DNA of 64,000 bases from Acutalibacteraceae bacterium (lineage in GTDB: Bacteria; Bacillota; Clostridia; Oscillospirales; Acutalibacteraceae), in the NCBI GenBank assembly GCA_045535505.1, contig JAZSLU010000032.1, positions 2,966 to 66,965 on the forward strand, in the 5' to 3' direction. The notes beneath the pieces were generated by a model. The model was not told the origin of the DNA. It saw only the letters and a list, made by a program, of their open reading frames with translations, and searched no databases. Positions 17,810-26,965 of this stretch are shown one piece after another (positions within the stretch are counted from its first letter, which is position 1; each line of letters starts with the position of its first letter). A program made the translations under genes and the position numbers.

Positions 17810-20185
17810 ATGGATTATAATTCGAAAAAACATACCAACGTATTAGAACTTAATAAAGTGCTGGAATTATTACGCTCACAGACCACCACCGAGAGTGCTG
17901 CCGAAGCGGCTTTGTTGGTTTCGCCATGTTTTGATTTTGAGCAAACAAAAACTTTATTAAGTGAAACTGATAACGCATATCGTTTGCTTATGCAATATTC
18001 GCCGCCCGGTTTTTCGGGTGCGCACAACGTATCACCTTTGGTATTACAAGCACAAGCGGGTTTAGTTCTTTCTAAGCAAGAGTTGCTTTGGGTTGCCAGT
18101 ACACTAAAGGTTGTTCGCATAATGCGTGAATGGCGTGATAATCTTGAAAACACCGATACTATGCTGCTTGATAGATTGTTTTTTATTTTATCACCCAATA
18201 AATATTTAGAGGATAAGTTGTTTTTTTGCATTAAAAATGCAGATGAACTTAATGACAGCGCATCTGAAAAATTGTTTTCCATAAGACGTAAAATTAAGAA
18301 TTCCGAAAACAATATTCGTGCAAAGCTTGATAAAATTTTGCGTTCAAACAGTACAAGCAAGGTTTTGCAGGAGGCTATTGTTACACAACGTGACGGACGT
18401 TTCGTTGTGCCTGTAAAATATGAATATAAATCACAATTACCGGGTCTTGTGCACGGCTCATCGACGTCGGGCGCAACATTGTTTGTTGAGCCTATGTCGG
18501 TTGTTGAAATTAATAACGAGTTGAAAGTGTTGCAGTCTGAGCAGGAAGAAGAAATTGCTCGTATTTTGGCTGAATTATCTGCTGAATGTGCGGGTTTTGC
18601 CGAGCAGATTTGCCTTTCATGCAAGGCTGTATGCGAACTGGATTTGATTTTTGCAAAGGCAAGACTTGGCATTAAAATGAAAGGCTGTGTGCCTAACATT
18701 AATGATGATGGTATTATAAGTTTAATCAATGCCCGACATCCGCTTATTGATGAAAACAAGGTTGTTCCCATTTCGGTTGATATTGGTGAGAAGTTTGACT
18801 CTTTGATAATAACGGGACCTAACACTGGCGGTAAAACAGTAACATTAAAAACATTGGGTCTTTTGCACATGATGGCAATGTGCGGTCTTATGATTCCTGC
18901 AAGCGAGCAAAGCAAAATTGCCGTGTTTGACAGAATTTTTGCCGATATTGGTGATGAACAGAGCATAGAGCAGTCACTATCAACCTTTTCGTCACATATT
19001 ACAAATATAGTTAATATTTTAAAACAGGTTAACTATAACAGTCTTGTTTTGCTTGACGAACTTGGTGCGGGTACAGACCCCATTGAAGGCGCTGCATTGG
19101 CAAAAGCAATTTTGATGACCTTAAAAGACAAGGGCGCTAAAATTGCCGCAACCACACACTATGCCGAACTTAAAACTTATGCGCTTGAAACCGAGCGGGT
19201 TCAAAATGCAGGTTGTGAGTTTGATGTGCAAACATTGCGCCCTACATACCGTATAATTTCAGGTGTGCCGGGGCGGTCAAACGCTTTTGCAATTTCTTCA
19301 CGACTGGGTGTTTCTAAAGATATTGTTGACCTTGCAAACAGTATGTTAAGTGACGAACAAAAGCGATTTGAAAATATAATTGCATCACTTGATGCAGCCA
19401 GAAAAGAAGCAGAAAACGACAAAATTGAGGCGGCACGGCTTAGAGCGCAACTTGAAAGTGAAAAGGCGGCATCAAGCCGCAAGAATGCCGAAATGGCCGC
19501 AAAGACCGATAAGGCTGTTCAAAATGCGCGTGAACAAGCAGAACTCATTGTTGAAAAAACACGTCGTGAGGCTAACCGCCTTTTAGATGAGTTGAATGCT
19601 TTAAAGAAACAGTTTAACCGCAAAAATTCTGCTGAGGTTTTATCTAAAGCGCGTTCCTTAGAGAAAAACGCTTTTAACAATATACCCAAAAATCAAAAGG
19701 CGGATTATGAGCAAATGCCTGAGCTTGACCGTATGATTGAGGTTGGCGATACGGTATTTTTGCCCGCATTTGATTCTAAAGGTGTTGTTGAAGAGGTATC
19801 TGGTAAAAACATCACCGTTTCTTTCGGTTCTGCAAAAATGAGGGTTTCGAGGGATGCAGTTAAATTGATTGAAGGTGCAAAAGACGAACAACCTGTTTCG
19901 AGGAAGGTTACCGGAGTGGTTGGCAAGGCAACACAAGGCGCTGCAAGTCAACTTGATATGAGGGGACTTTCGTGTGATGAGGGCATTTATCTGCTTGATG
20001 GATATATTGATTCGGTTGTGTTGGCAAAGCTTGAAAGTGTGACCATAATACACGGTAAAGGAACAGGTGTGTTGCGAGATGCAGTACGTAGGCATTTGCG
20101 AAAACATAAGGCTGTTGAATCTATTCGCCCAGGCATATTTGGTGAGGGTGAGGATGGAGTTACTGTGGTTAAAATGAAAAAATAA
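17810..20185 (+). CDS. mutS2: Endonuclease MutS2 (MutS domain plus C-terminal Smr)
   Basis: Walker A GPNTGGKT, LLDELGAGTDP, and a C-terminal Smr domain with IIHGKGTGVLR. The frame is open from TTG 17798. ATG 17810 gives MDYNSKKHTNVLELNKV. Confidence 0.9.
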   Translation: MDYNSKKHTNVLELNKVLELLRSQTTTESAAEAALLVSPCFDFEQTKTLLSETDNAYRLLMQYSPPGFSGAHNVSPLVLQAQAGLVLSKQELLWVASTLKVVRIMREWRDNLENTDTMLLDRLFFILSPNKYLEDKLFFCIKNADELNDSASEKLFSIRRKIKNSENNIRAKLDKILRSNSTSKVLQEAIVTQRDGRFVVPVKYEYKSQLPGLVHGSSTSGATLFVEPMSVVEINNELKVLQSEQEEEIARILAELSAECAGFAEQICLSCKAVCELDLIFAKARLGIKMKGCVPNINDDGIISLINARHPLIDENKVVPISVDIGEKFDSLIITGPNTGGKTVTLKTLGLLHMMAMCGLMIPASEQSKIAVFDRIFADIGDEQSIEQSLSTFSSHITNIVNILKQVNYNSLVLLDELGAGTDPIEGAALAKAILMTLKDKGAKIAATTHYAELKTYALETERVQNAGCEFDVQTLRPTYRIISGVPGRSNAFAISSRLGVSKDIVDLANSMLSDEQKRFENIIASLDAARKEAENDKIEAARLRAQLESEKAASSRKNAEMAAKTDKAVQNAREQAELIVEKTRREANRLLDELNALKKQFNRKNSAEVLSKARSLEKNAFNNIPKNQKADYEQMPELDRMIEVGDTVFLPAFDSKGVVEEVSGKNITVSFGSAKMRVSRDAVKLIEGAKDEQPVSRKVTGVVGKATQGAASQLDMRGLSCDEGIYLLDGYIDSVVLAKLESVTIIHGKGTGVLRDAVRRHLRKHKAVESIRPGIFGEGEDGVTVVKMKK

Positions 20186-20205
20186 AATGCGTTTTGAGGT
20201 CTTGT

Positions 20206-22410
20206 ATGAAAAAAATTATAGCATTCTTAATTTCATTATTTGTGCTTTTGACATTTGCCTTTTTAGGTGTGTTTTGTGTTGCCGCAAATGCTGAAACGAG
20301 CGGATATTTTACATATTCCGTATTGGGCGGTGAGGTAACAATTGAAAGGGTAAACCCTTCTGCTAACGGTGATGTTGTTATACCATCAAATTTAGCAGGG
20401 TATCCGGTTGTGAGTATAGGTGATTCGGCTTTTGGTGGATGTTCTGATATTATTAGCATAAGCATACCGGCTAGTGTGAAAAGTATAGGTTCAAGTGCAT
20501 TTGCCGGTTGCAACTATATTGAAAGAGTGTATATTTTTGACTTAAATGTATGGTGCAATATAAACTTTGAAAATTACATAGATAATCCACTATATTCTGG
20601 TGCGGATTTGTTTTTGAACGGAACAAAAGTAACGGACTTAGTGATACCAAACGATATTAAGAATATTAACGATTATGCATTTGTTGGTTGTAACAGCATT
20701 AAGAGTGTTCAAGTGCCCAATAATGTTAAAACTATTGGATATATGGCTTTTTTTGGCTGCAATAATCTTGAAAGTGTAACCATTGGTGAAGGTGTTACTT
20801 CAATAAAAGATGCGGCTTTTTTTGAGTGTGCAGGTCTTAAAAACCTTTATATTAACAGCAGTTGCATAACGAATGTTGGAGATGCTGCATTCTATGGTTG
20901 TACAAATGTTAATAGCGTTTATATAACCAATATGGATGCGTGGTGCAATATAAATTTTTCATATTATACATCAAACCCTTTATTTACAGGTAACGCAAAT
21001 TTGTATATAAACGGTAATTTAGTAACAAAAGCAGCTATACCTGAAGGAACCAACGAAATTAAACCCTTCATATTTTATGGTTGCAAAAGCTTAAAAGAGA
21101 TTTATATACCATCATCTGTTACTTTTATTGGTGCATTGTCATTTGACCAAACAAGCATAGAAACGGTATATTTTGGCGGTAGTAAAGAAGAATGGAATGC
21201 TATTATAAATGCAGAAAATATTTTGATTGATAATGCACAAAAGGTTTATAATTCGGCAAACATTATGGCTACAATTATATCTATAGAGATATGCAATATG
21301 CCAGCTGTAACTGAATATTACGAAGGTGCGCAAAGCATTAATCTTGATGGATGTAAAATTAAAATTTACTACAGCAACCAAACAACAAAAGAAATTTCTG
21401 TTTTGCATGATATGGTTTCGGGTTTTGATGCATCAAAAATTGGGAAACAGAAAATTTTTATAAATTATGATGGATTTATTGTTGAATTTGAAGTTACGAT
21501 TAAAGAGAAAGAAATATCAGCGGTGGCTCTTTTGGCAAAACCCTACAAAACGGTTTGCATTATGGGTCAAACTCTTGATGTGTCAGGTGGGAAACTTGCG
21601 GTTTGTTATACCGACGGAACTTATAAAAATGTAGCAATTACACCAGAAATGGTGAGTGGATTTGACTGTAATGTTTTAGGATTACAGGTTGTATATGTTT
21701 ACTACAAGTCATATATTGTTGAATTTGTTGTCAATGTTATACCAAAACCACAGGTGTCCTTTGCTGTTATAAGAATAGAAAATGGGATAAAAACGCTTGA
21801 TATTTACGTTAATTTAAACGATGTTGAAAATTATAAAAATTTAAAATTAGAGGTTAATGGCGAGACTATTGATTCATATAAAACAATTGGAAATGATTTA
21901 GTTTACAGCATTGATATATATGATAATTTTTTGTTTAAAATTAAGTTAAATGATTCAAAAAATTGCTATGATGAAAGGGAGTATAATCTTAAATCATTTA
22001 ACAGGACAAAGGATGGGTGCTATATATTCGTGCAGGATATTAAAAGAGGTGACGCCAATGGTGATGGAAATATTGATATTAAAGATTTGGTTAGAGTGAA
22101 AAAAATTGTTGCCGAATTAGCCGAAGATAAGGGTACCGCTGATGTTAGCCAAAACGGAAGCGTCACGTCAAGCGACCTTACGTCACTTGCAAGAGTGCTT
22201 ATTAATTCAAAAAAGGGTATTGAGGCGTTAAAAGTTGTTTTTGAAGATGATGAAGGAAACATTTTGCAAACCATGTATATACCAAAAGGTTTTGGCGTAA
22301 AACCAACGATAATACCAAGAAAAGAAGGATATGTTTTTAACGGTTGGGACCAAAAGTTATCAAATATAATTATAGACAAAATAGTAACAGCTAAATTTTC
22401 TGTTGCATAA
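20206..22410 (+). CDS. Secreted multidomain surface protein: BspA-type leucine-rich repeats, two Ig-like repeats, a dockerin-like module and an InlB-B-type repeat
   Basis: Signal peptide MKKIIAFLISLFVLLTFAFLGVFCVAANA. Repeated xIPxxVxxIGxxAFxxC LRR units. Tandem ~80-aa repeats end in ...MVSGFDxxxxGxQ...Y...IVEFxV. The dockerin-like duplicated Ca-loop is GDANGDGNIDIKDL...DVSQNGSVTSSDL. The C-terminal motif is EGYVFNGWD. Confidence 0.8.
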   Translation: MKKIIAFLISLFVLLTFAFLGVFCVAANAETSGYFTYSVLGGEVTIERVNPSANGDVVIPSNLAGYPVVSIGDSAFGGCSDIISISIPASVKSIGSSAFAGCNYIERVYIFDLNVWCNINFENYIDNPLYSGADLFLNGTKVTDLVIPNDIKNINDYAFVGCNSIKSVQVPNNVKTIGYMAFFGCNNLESVTIGEGVTSIKDAAFFECAGLKNLYINSSCITNVGDAAFYGCTNVNSVYITNMDAWCNINFSYYTSNPLFTGNANLYINGNLVTKAAIPEGTNEIKPFIFYGCKSLKEIYIPSSVTFIGALSFDQTSIETVYFGGSKEEWNAIINAENILIDNAQKVYNSANIMATIISIEICNMPAVTEYYEGAQSINLDGCKIKIYYSNQTTKEISVLHDMVSGFDASKIGKQKIFINYDGFIVEFEVTIKEKEISAVALLAKPYKTVCIMGQTLDVSGGKLAVCYTDGTYKNVAITPEMVSGFDCNVLGLQVVYVYYKSYIVEFVVNVIPKPQVSFAVIRIENGIKTLDIYVNLNDVENYKNLKLEVNGETIDSYKTIGNDLVYSIDIYDNFLFKIKLNDSKNCYDEREYNLKSFNRTKDGCYIFVQDIKRGDANGDGNIDIKDLVRVKKIVAELAEDKGTADVSQNGSVTSSDLTSLARVLINSKKGIEALKVVFEDDEGNILQTMYIPKGFGVKPTIIPRKEGYVFNGWDQKLSNIIIDKIVTAKFSVA

Positions 22411-22413
22411 AAT

Positions 22414-22443
22414 AAAGCGGTTGGCAATCCTGCCAACCGCTTT
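22414..22443. terminator. Bidirectional rho-independent terminator
   Basis: GCGGTTGGCA-atcc-TGCCAACCGC with flanking AAA and TTT. Confidence 0.8.
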
Positions 22444-22456
22444 AATATATCATAAA

Positions 22457-23665
22457 TTAGTCTAAAAATGCATCATGTACCGCATTAAGAGCTTTAACAC
22501 CGTGTTCTGCATCAATTAAAACAGAAATTTTAATTTCGCTTGTTGAAATCATCTGAATGTTAACATCGGCATTGTAAAGAGCGCCAAACATTTTTGAAGC
22601 AACGCCGGGATGTGTTTCCATACCTGCGCCTACAACAGAAAGTTTGCAGATGTTAGAATCTTGAGATACGTTTTGATAATTAAGAACATCTTTAAGTTCT
22701 TCTATTGCAGCAATTGCATCGTTTGCTTGGTCTTTTGAAACGGTAAAAGCAATATCTTTTGTTCCGTCACGGCCAATTGACTGAAGAATGATGTCAACGT
22801 TTGCATTTTTCTTTGCAAGTTTCTCAAAGAGCTTATACGCAACACCGGGGGTGTCCTGAAGTCCTGTTAAAGAAATTCGGCAAATTTTGTCGTCAAGGGC
22901 TACGCCTTTAATAAGAGTTTTTTCCATACTTGTTATCTCCTTTACAATGGTTCCGGGTTTGGGGTCAATGCTTGAGAGAACTTCGAGTTCTACACAGAAT
23001 TTTTTTGCCATTTCAACCGAACGGTTGTTAAGAACCTGTGCGCCTAAGGTTGCAAGTTCAAGCATTTCGTCATAAGTGATTTCTGAAAGTTTTCTTGCTG
23101 TTTTAACTTTGCGGGGGTCAGCTGTATAAACGCCGTCAACATCGGTGTAAATTTGACAGCGGTCAGCGTGAAGTGCAGCTGCTAAAGCAACAGCGCTTGT
23201 GTCTGAGCCGCCACGACCCAGAGTAGTGATGTCTTGGTTATCGCATATACCTTGGAAACCTGCAACGATAACAATTTTCTTTTGTGCAAGTTCGGACGAG
23301 ATGCGGTCGGCTTTTATTTTGCGAATACGTGCGGCTGAATAAGCAGAGTTGGTGTTAAAACCTGCCTGCCAACCCAAAAGTGAAATTGCGGGGCAACCAA
23401 TTTTTTGAATTGCCATTGTAAGCAGGGAAGCCGAAATTTGTTCACCTGCCGAGAGCAACATATCCATCTCGCGCTTTGAGTTTCCGTTAGGATTGATTTC
23501 AAGCGCTTTGTCAATGAGATCATCGGTTGTGTCACCCTGTGCGGAAACTACTACAACAACATCATTTCCTGCGAGGTAATCTTTTGTGATGATGTTTGCT
23601 ACTCTAAAAACGCACTCAGCATTTTTAACAGAGCTTCCGCCAAATTTTTTTACTATAAGAGCCAT
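22457..23665 (-). CDS. Aspartate kinase (monofunctional, with C-terminal ACT domains)
   Basis: 402 aa. N-terminus MALIVKKFGGSSV (the KFGG(S/T)S kinase motif), plus GRGGSDTSAVALA. Confidence 0.9.
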   Translation of the reverse strand: MALIVKKFGGSSVKNAECVFRVANIITKDYLAGNDVVVVVSAQGDTTDDLIDKALEINPNGNSKREMDMLLSAGEQISASLLTMAIQKIGCPAISLLGWQAGFNTNSAYSAARIRKIKADRISSELAQKKIVIVAGFQGICDNQDITTLGRGGSDTSAVALAAALHADRCQIYTDVDGVYTADPRKVKTARKLSEITYDEMLELATLGAQVLNNRSVEMAKKFCVELEVLSSIDPKPGTIVKEITSMEKTLIKGVALDDKICRISLTGLQDTPGVAYKLFEKLAKKNANVDIILQSIGRDGTKDIAFTVSKDQANDAIAAIEELKDVLNYQNVSQDSNICKLSVVGAGMETHPGVASKMFGALYNADVNIQMISTSEIKISVLIDAEHGVKALNAVHDAFLD

Positions 23666-23706
23666 ATTAAATTCCTCCTGATAAGGCTACATTATTACTT
23701 TATAAA

Positions 23707-24939
23707 TTATTCAACAATGTGAAGGATGTGAACGTCATTTAATTCATCGATGCTATTTATTGTTTTAATAAGTTGGTCTTCGTCTGCTTTTGCGGTGACA
23801 AAAGCAATCTCTTTATAGGGTTGGTTGTTAAGCTCAATAAACTCAACACCCTCAAGTTTTGCGCTAACAGCAGTTTTTGCAATATCATAATCTTCGCAGG
23901 CGGCACGAACGTAAAGACGTGATGCTTCACCGAATGTGTTTGAAACGTAATCGTCACTGCCGTCTTGCCAGAAAATTTGTTTTCTGGTTACTTTGTGTTT
24001 TGCACAGTCAATTACATCAGCAACAACGGCACTGGCGGTAGGTGCTTTGCCTGCGCCTCTGCCGTAGAACATTACATCACCCACATAATCGCCGCGTACC
24101 ATAATCGCATTGAAAACATCGTTAACTCCCGCAAGAATGTGACTGTTTTTAAGCAAAACAGGGTAAACACCTGCCCAAACTTTGCCATCGGCAGTCTTTT
24201 TTGCACGACCAACGAGCTTGATGTTGCAGTCGCAAGCGTGTGCGTAAGCAAAATCTGCACAAGTGATTTTTGTAATACCTTCAGCATTTATTTGATTGGG
24301 ATAAATATGTTTTCCAAAAGCAAGAGAAGCTAAAATGCAAATTTTTCTCTGAGCATCTATACCGTCAATATCGCTTGATGGGTCGCGCTCTGCATAGCCA
24401 AGACGTTGTGCATCGGCTAAAACACTGTCGAAGTCGCTGCCTTCGGTATCCATTTTTGTTAATATGTAGTTTGTGGTGCCGTTTAATATACCAATGATTT
24501 CGCAAATGTTATTTGCGCTAAGACATTGTGCCATCGGTCTAATAACAGGGATGCCGCCGCAAACACTTGCCTCAAACATAAAGTTAACGTTCTTTTCTTT
24601 TGCGGCGCTAAGAAGGTCATATCCTTTTTCGGCAACAAGTTCTTTGTTTGAGGTAACAACACTTTTACCTGCCAACAAACAGCGCTTGACAAAATCATAA
24701 GCGGGGTTAACGCCACCCATAACTTCAACAACAATATCAATTTCTTCGTCATTGATAATATCGTCAAAGTTCTTTGTAAAAAGATTTTTATATTCAACAT
24801 CAAAATCACGGAGGTCGAGAATGCGTTTAAGGCGAATATCCTGCTGTGAGTTATTATCAACAGTAGGTTTGTTATTCAACAAAATTTCAGCCACACCTGA
24901 GCCGACAACGCCATGACCCATTATTGCAACATTAATCAT
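23707..24939 (-). CDS. hom: Homoserine dehydrogenase
   Basis: 410 aa with an N-terminal NAD fold (IMGHGVVGSGV), a central catalytic domain and a C-terminal ACT-like region. Sits upstream of aspartate kinase in the same operon. Confidence 0.9.
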   Translation of the reverse strand: MINVAIMGHGVVGSGVAEILLNNKPTVDNNSQQDIRLKRILDLRDFDVEYKNLFTKNFDDIINDEEIDIVVEVMGGVNPAYDFVKRCLLAGKSVVTSNKELVAEKGYDLLSAAKEKNVNFMFEASVCGGIPVIRPMAQCLSANNICEIIGILNGTTNYILTKMDTEGSDFDSVLADAQRLGYAERDPSSDIDGIDAQRKICILASLAFGKHIYPNQINAEGITKITCADFAYAHACDCNIKLVGRAKKTADGKVWAGVYPVLLKNSHILAGVNDVFNAIMVRGDYVGDVMFYGRGAGKAPTASAVVADVIDCAKHKVTRKQIFWQDGSDDYVSNTFGEASRLYVRAACEDYDIAKTAVSAKLEGVEFIELNNQPYKEIAFVTAKADEDQLIKTINSIDELNDVHILHIVE

Positions 24940-24969
24940 AAAAAATCACCATTACCTTTAAAATTTATA

Positions 24970-25404
24970 TTATACTGTGCGATGAACGGCCTTGACGCCT
25001 GAAATTTTAAGAATTTCACTTTTTAAGTGTTCATAGCTTGTGAGTTCGTTATTTATTCTAATAGAAAAAGAAACAGATGCGATGCTGTCAACCGGTTGGC
25101 TTTGGTTAACCGTTATAATATTTGCGCCCAGGTCATAAAGCCGCGAGAGCACGTTTGACAAAACACCGGCTTTATCGGCTAAAGAAGCGGTGAAGTTTAA
25201 CACTGTACCACTTACTTCGGGAATATAACGGAAAACGTGACCTCTGTATTTGTAAAAAACGCTGCGTGAAATACCAGCCATACGAACTGCTTCGGTTATG
25301 TTTTGTGCGGTACCGTCAGAGAGCATCTCTTTGGCGTTTAGCACCTTTACAAAAACGTCCGGAAGAACATCGGCGGTAATTATTAATCTGTCATCAATAT
25401 TCAT
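24970..25404 (-). CDS. ACT domain-containing protein (UPF0735/PheB-like)
   Basis: 144 aa. An N-terminal HTH-like segment (ITEAVRMAGISRSVFYKY) is followed by an ACT fold. It is the first gene of the ACT-hom-aspartate kinase operon. Confidence 0.7.
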   Translation of the reverse strand: MNIDDRLIITADVLPDVFVKVLNAKEMLSDGTAQNITEAVRMAGISRSVFYKYRGHVFRYIPEVSGTVLNFTASLADKAGVLSNVLSRLYDLGANIITVNQSQPVDSIASVSFSIRINNELTSYEHLKSEILKISGVKAVHRTV

Positions 25405-25553
25405 TAGAAATGTCCACCACCCAAGAACAGTCGTATTTCAACGGTGTATATTGTAACATATCTAAAACAAAAAAGCAAGTATAAAAATTTAATAATTTTT
25501 TTATTGCTAAATTGTGTCCAATGGGTTAATATTACTATATAGAGGTGATTTTT

Positions 25554-26612
25554 ATGTTTTCTATGGAAAACAAGAAAAGGTTTTTAATTAATGCGGCCTT
25601 TTTTACGTTGGTTATACTAATTATTTATTTTGTTTTTAAATCACTACTTGTTTATTTAATGCCTTTTGTTATTGCGGTTTTACTTGCGGCTTTATTGCAA
25701 AGACCCGCTCGTTTTTTGCACCGCAAAATAAAAATACCCAAATCAATATGTTCGGTAGGTCTTGTTTTATTAACCTACATCTTGGCAATAGTTATTACGG
25801 GAACAATAGTTTATTTTTTGTATCAGCAATTGTATGGCTTTTTTACTAATTTGCAGTCCTTTGTTCCTCAGATAAACGAGTTTATTGAAAAAATTAAAAA
25901 CTTTGCTATTTCTGTTATGGACAACATACCAAATGGTGTGATGGAACATCTTAACACGTTGCCTTCAACAGCTGTTAACGGAATTGCTTCAAAAGCCACT
26001 GCGGTGTTGTCAGGTTTTGCATCAAGCGTGGTAACATCTACGCCTCAAATTCTTATAAGTGCAATCGTAACGGTTGTTGCAAGTTGCTATATTGCGGCTG
26101 ATTATGATTATCTTTATGAATATTTTACTGCTAATGCGCCTCGTAAATTGACTCTTCTTTTTAACGACATTAAATCGATGGCTTCCCAAACAATAGTTAA
26201 GGTTGTACGTGGATATTTATTGCTTATGCTGTTAACCTTTGGAGAGTTAACAATAACTTTCTATATTCTTGGTGTTAAATATGCTGTTGTTGTAGCAGCC
26301 ATTGTTTCCATTATTGATATTTTGCCTGTCCTGGGAACAGGAACGGTGCTTATTCCATGGGCAATAATTTCGCTTATAAACGGAAATTATTTAGTTGGCA
26401 TAGGTTTGCTGGTGGCGTACGTTGTAATCACTATTGTGAGAAATTTCCTTGAACCTAAAATTATTGGAAAACAGGTTGGACTTTATCCGCTCTTGACATT
26501 AATTGCAATTTTTATTGGTTTAAAACTATTTGGTGTTTTGGGAATGCTGTTACTGCCGGTTGTGTTAATTTTGCTTATTAACCTTTACAGAAAAGGCAGT
26601 TATAAACTATAA
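25554..26612 (+). CDS. ytvI: AI-2E family transporter / sporulation membrane protein YtvI-like
   Basis: About 352 aa polytopic protein with the typical C-terminal EPKIIGKQVGLYPL motif of the AI-2E/PerM family. AGAGGTGA lies 5 nt before ATG 25554. Confidence 0.7.
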   Translation: MFSMENKKRFLINAAFFTLVILIIYFVFKSLLVYLMPFVIAVLLAALLQRPARFLHRKIKIPKSICSVGLVLLTYILAIVITGTIVYFLYQQLYGFFTNLQSFVPQINEFIEKIKNFAISVMDNIPNGVMEHLNTLPSTAVNGIASKATAVLSGFASSVVTSTPQILISAIVTVVASCYIAADYDYLYEYFTANAPRKLTLLFNDIKSMASQTIVKVVRGYLLLMLLTFGELTITFYILGVKYAVVVAAIVSIIDILPVLGTGTVLIPWAIISLINGNYLVGIGLLVAYVVITIVRNFLEPKIIGKQVGLYPLLTLIAIFIGLKLFGVLGMLLLPVVLILLINLYRKGSYKL

Positions 26613-26629
26613 AATGTTATTGCTTTTTT

Positions 26630-26664
26630 AAAAAAAGATACCGTTTTTTCGGTATCTTTTTTTG
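26630..26664 (+). terminator. Rho-independent terminator
   Basis: GATACCG-tttttt-CGGTATC followed by a T-run. Confidence 0.8.
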
Positions 26665-26667
26665 TTT

Positions 26668-26696
26668 TTGCAGACATAAAGGCAAATGCATAATAT
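26668..26696 (+). promoter_or_regulatory. Candidate sigma-A promoter for the DUF3343-like/desulfurase pair
   Basis: TTGCAG (26668-26673), 17-nt spacer, TAATAT (26691-26696). Confidence 0.3.
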
Positions 26697-26738
26697 GTAT
26701 TGGGGGAAAGCGTATTTGTTATGTTAGGAGTTGATTAA

Positions 26739-26954
26739 ATGACAAGATTGTTTATTGCTACTAAAACTGCAACGTACGCAATGAAATACCGAGACCTATT
26801 AAAGAGCAAAGGATATAATGCGACTGTAGAAAAAAGAACATCTATGGTACAGGGTGGCTGTTCGTACGGAGTGGTTGTTAATGCAAACAAGGAAGCGGTT
26901 CAAAAAATTTTTTCACAAAACGATATAAAGGTTTTTAAAATTTATGAAATATAA
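26739..26954 (+). CDS. DUF3343-like small protein (putative S/Se carrier)
   Basis: 71 aa with a single conserved-looking Cys in GGCSYGVVV, comparable to the (S/G)CG motif I recall for DUF3343. Sits directly upstream of a class-V aminotransferase, the usual partner. Confidence 0.55.
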   Translation: MTRLFIATKTATYAMKYRDLLKSKGYNATVEKRTSMVQGGCSYGVVVNANKEAVQKIFSQNDIKVFKIYEI

Positions 26955-26965
26955 AGGGGTGAAGA

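Noticed and set aside
17815-18966. 383-aa ORF on the minus strand, antisense to mutS2. Similar long antisense ORFs occur at 6098-6598 (clp), 9193-9738 (gerC), 34133-34576 (mreB-like), 51328-51849 (ATPase), 56617-57099 (rpoB) and 12558-13025 (ylbJ).
   Set aside because: All lie fully inside, and antisense to, strongly supported conserved genes. They have no SD and show Ser/Leu/Cys-rich low-complexity translations with no recognisable motifs. These are typical shadow ORFs of the opposite coding frame.
25405-25553. I looked for a lysine (L-box) or T-box leader upstream of the ACT-hom-aspartate kinase operon and upstream of lysA.
   Set aside because: The intergenic region is only about 140 nt, AT-rich, and lacks the conserved helices or specifier/T-box sequence I would expect. 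lysA has no leader at all.
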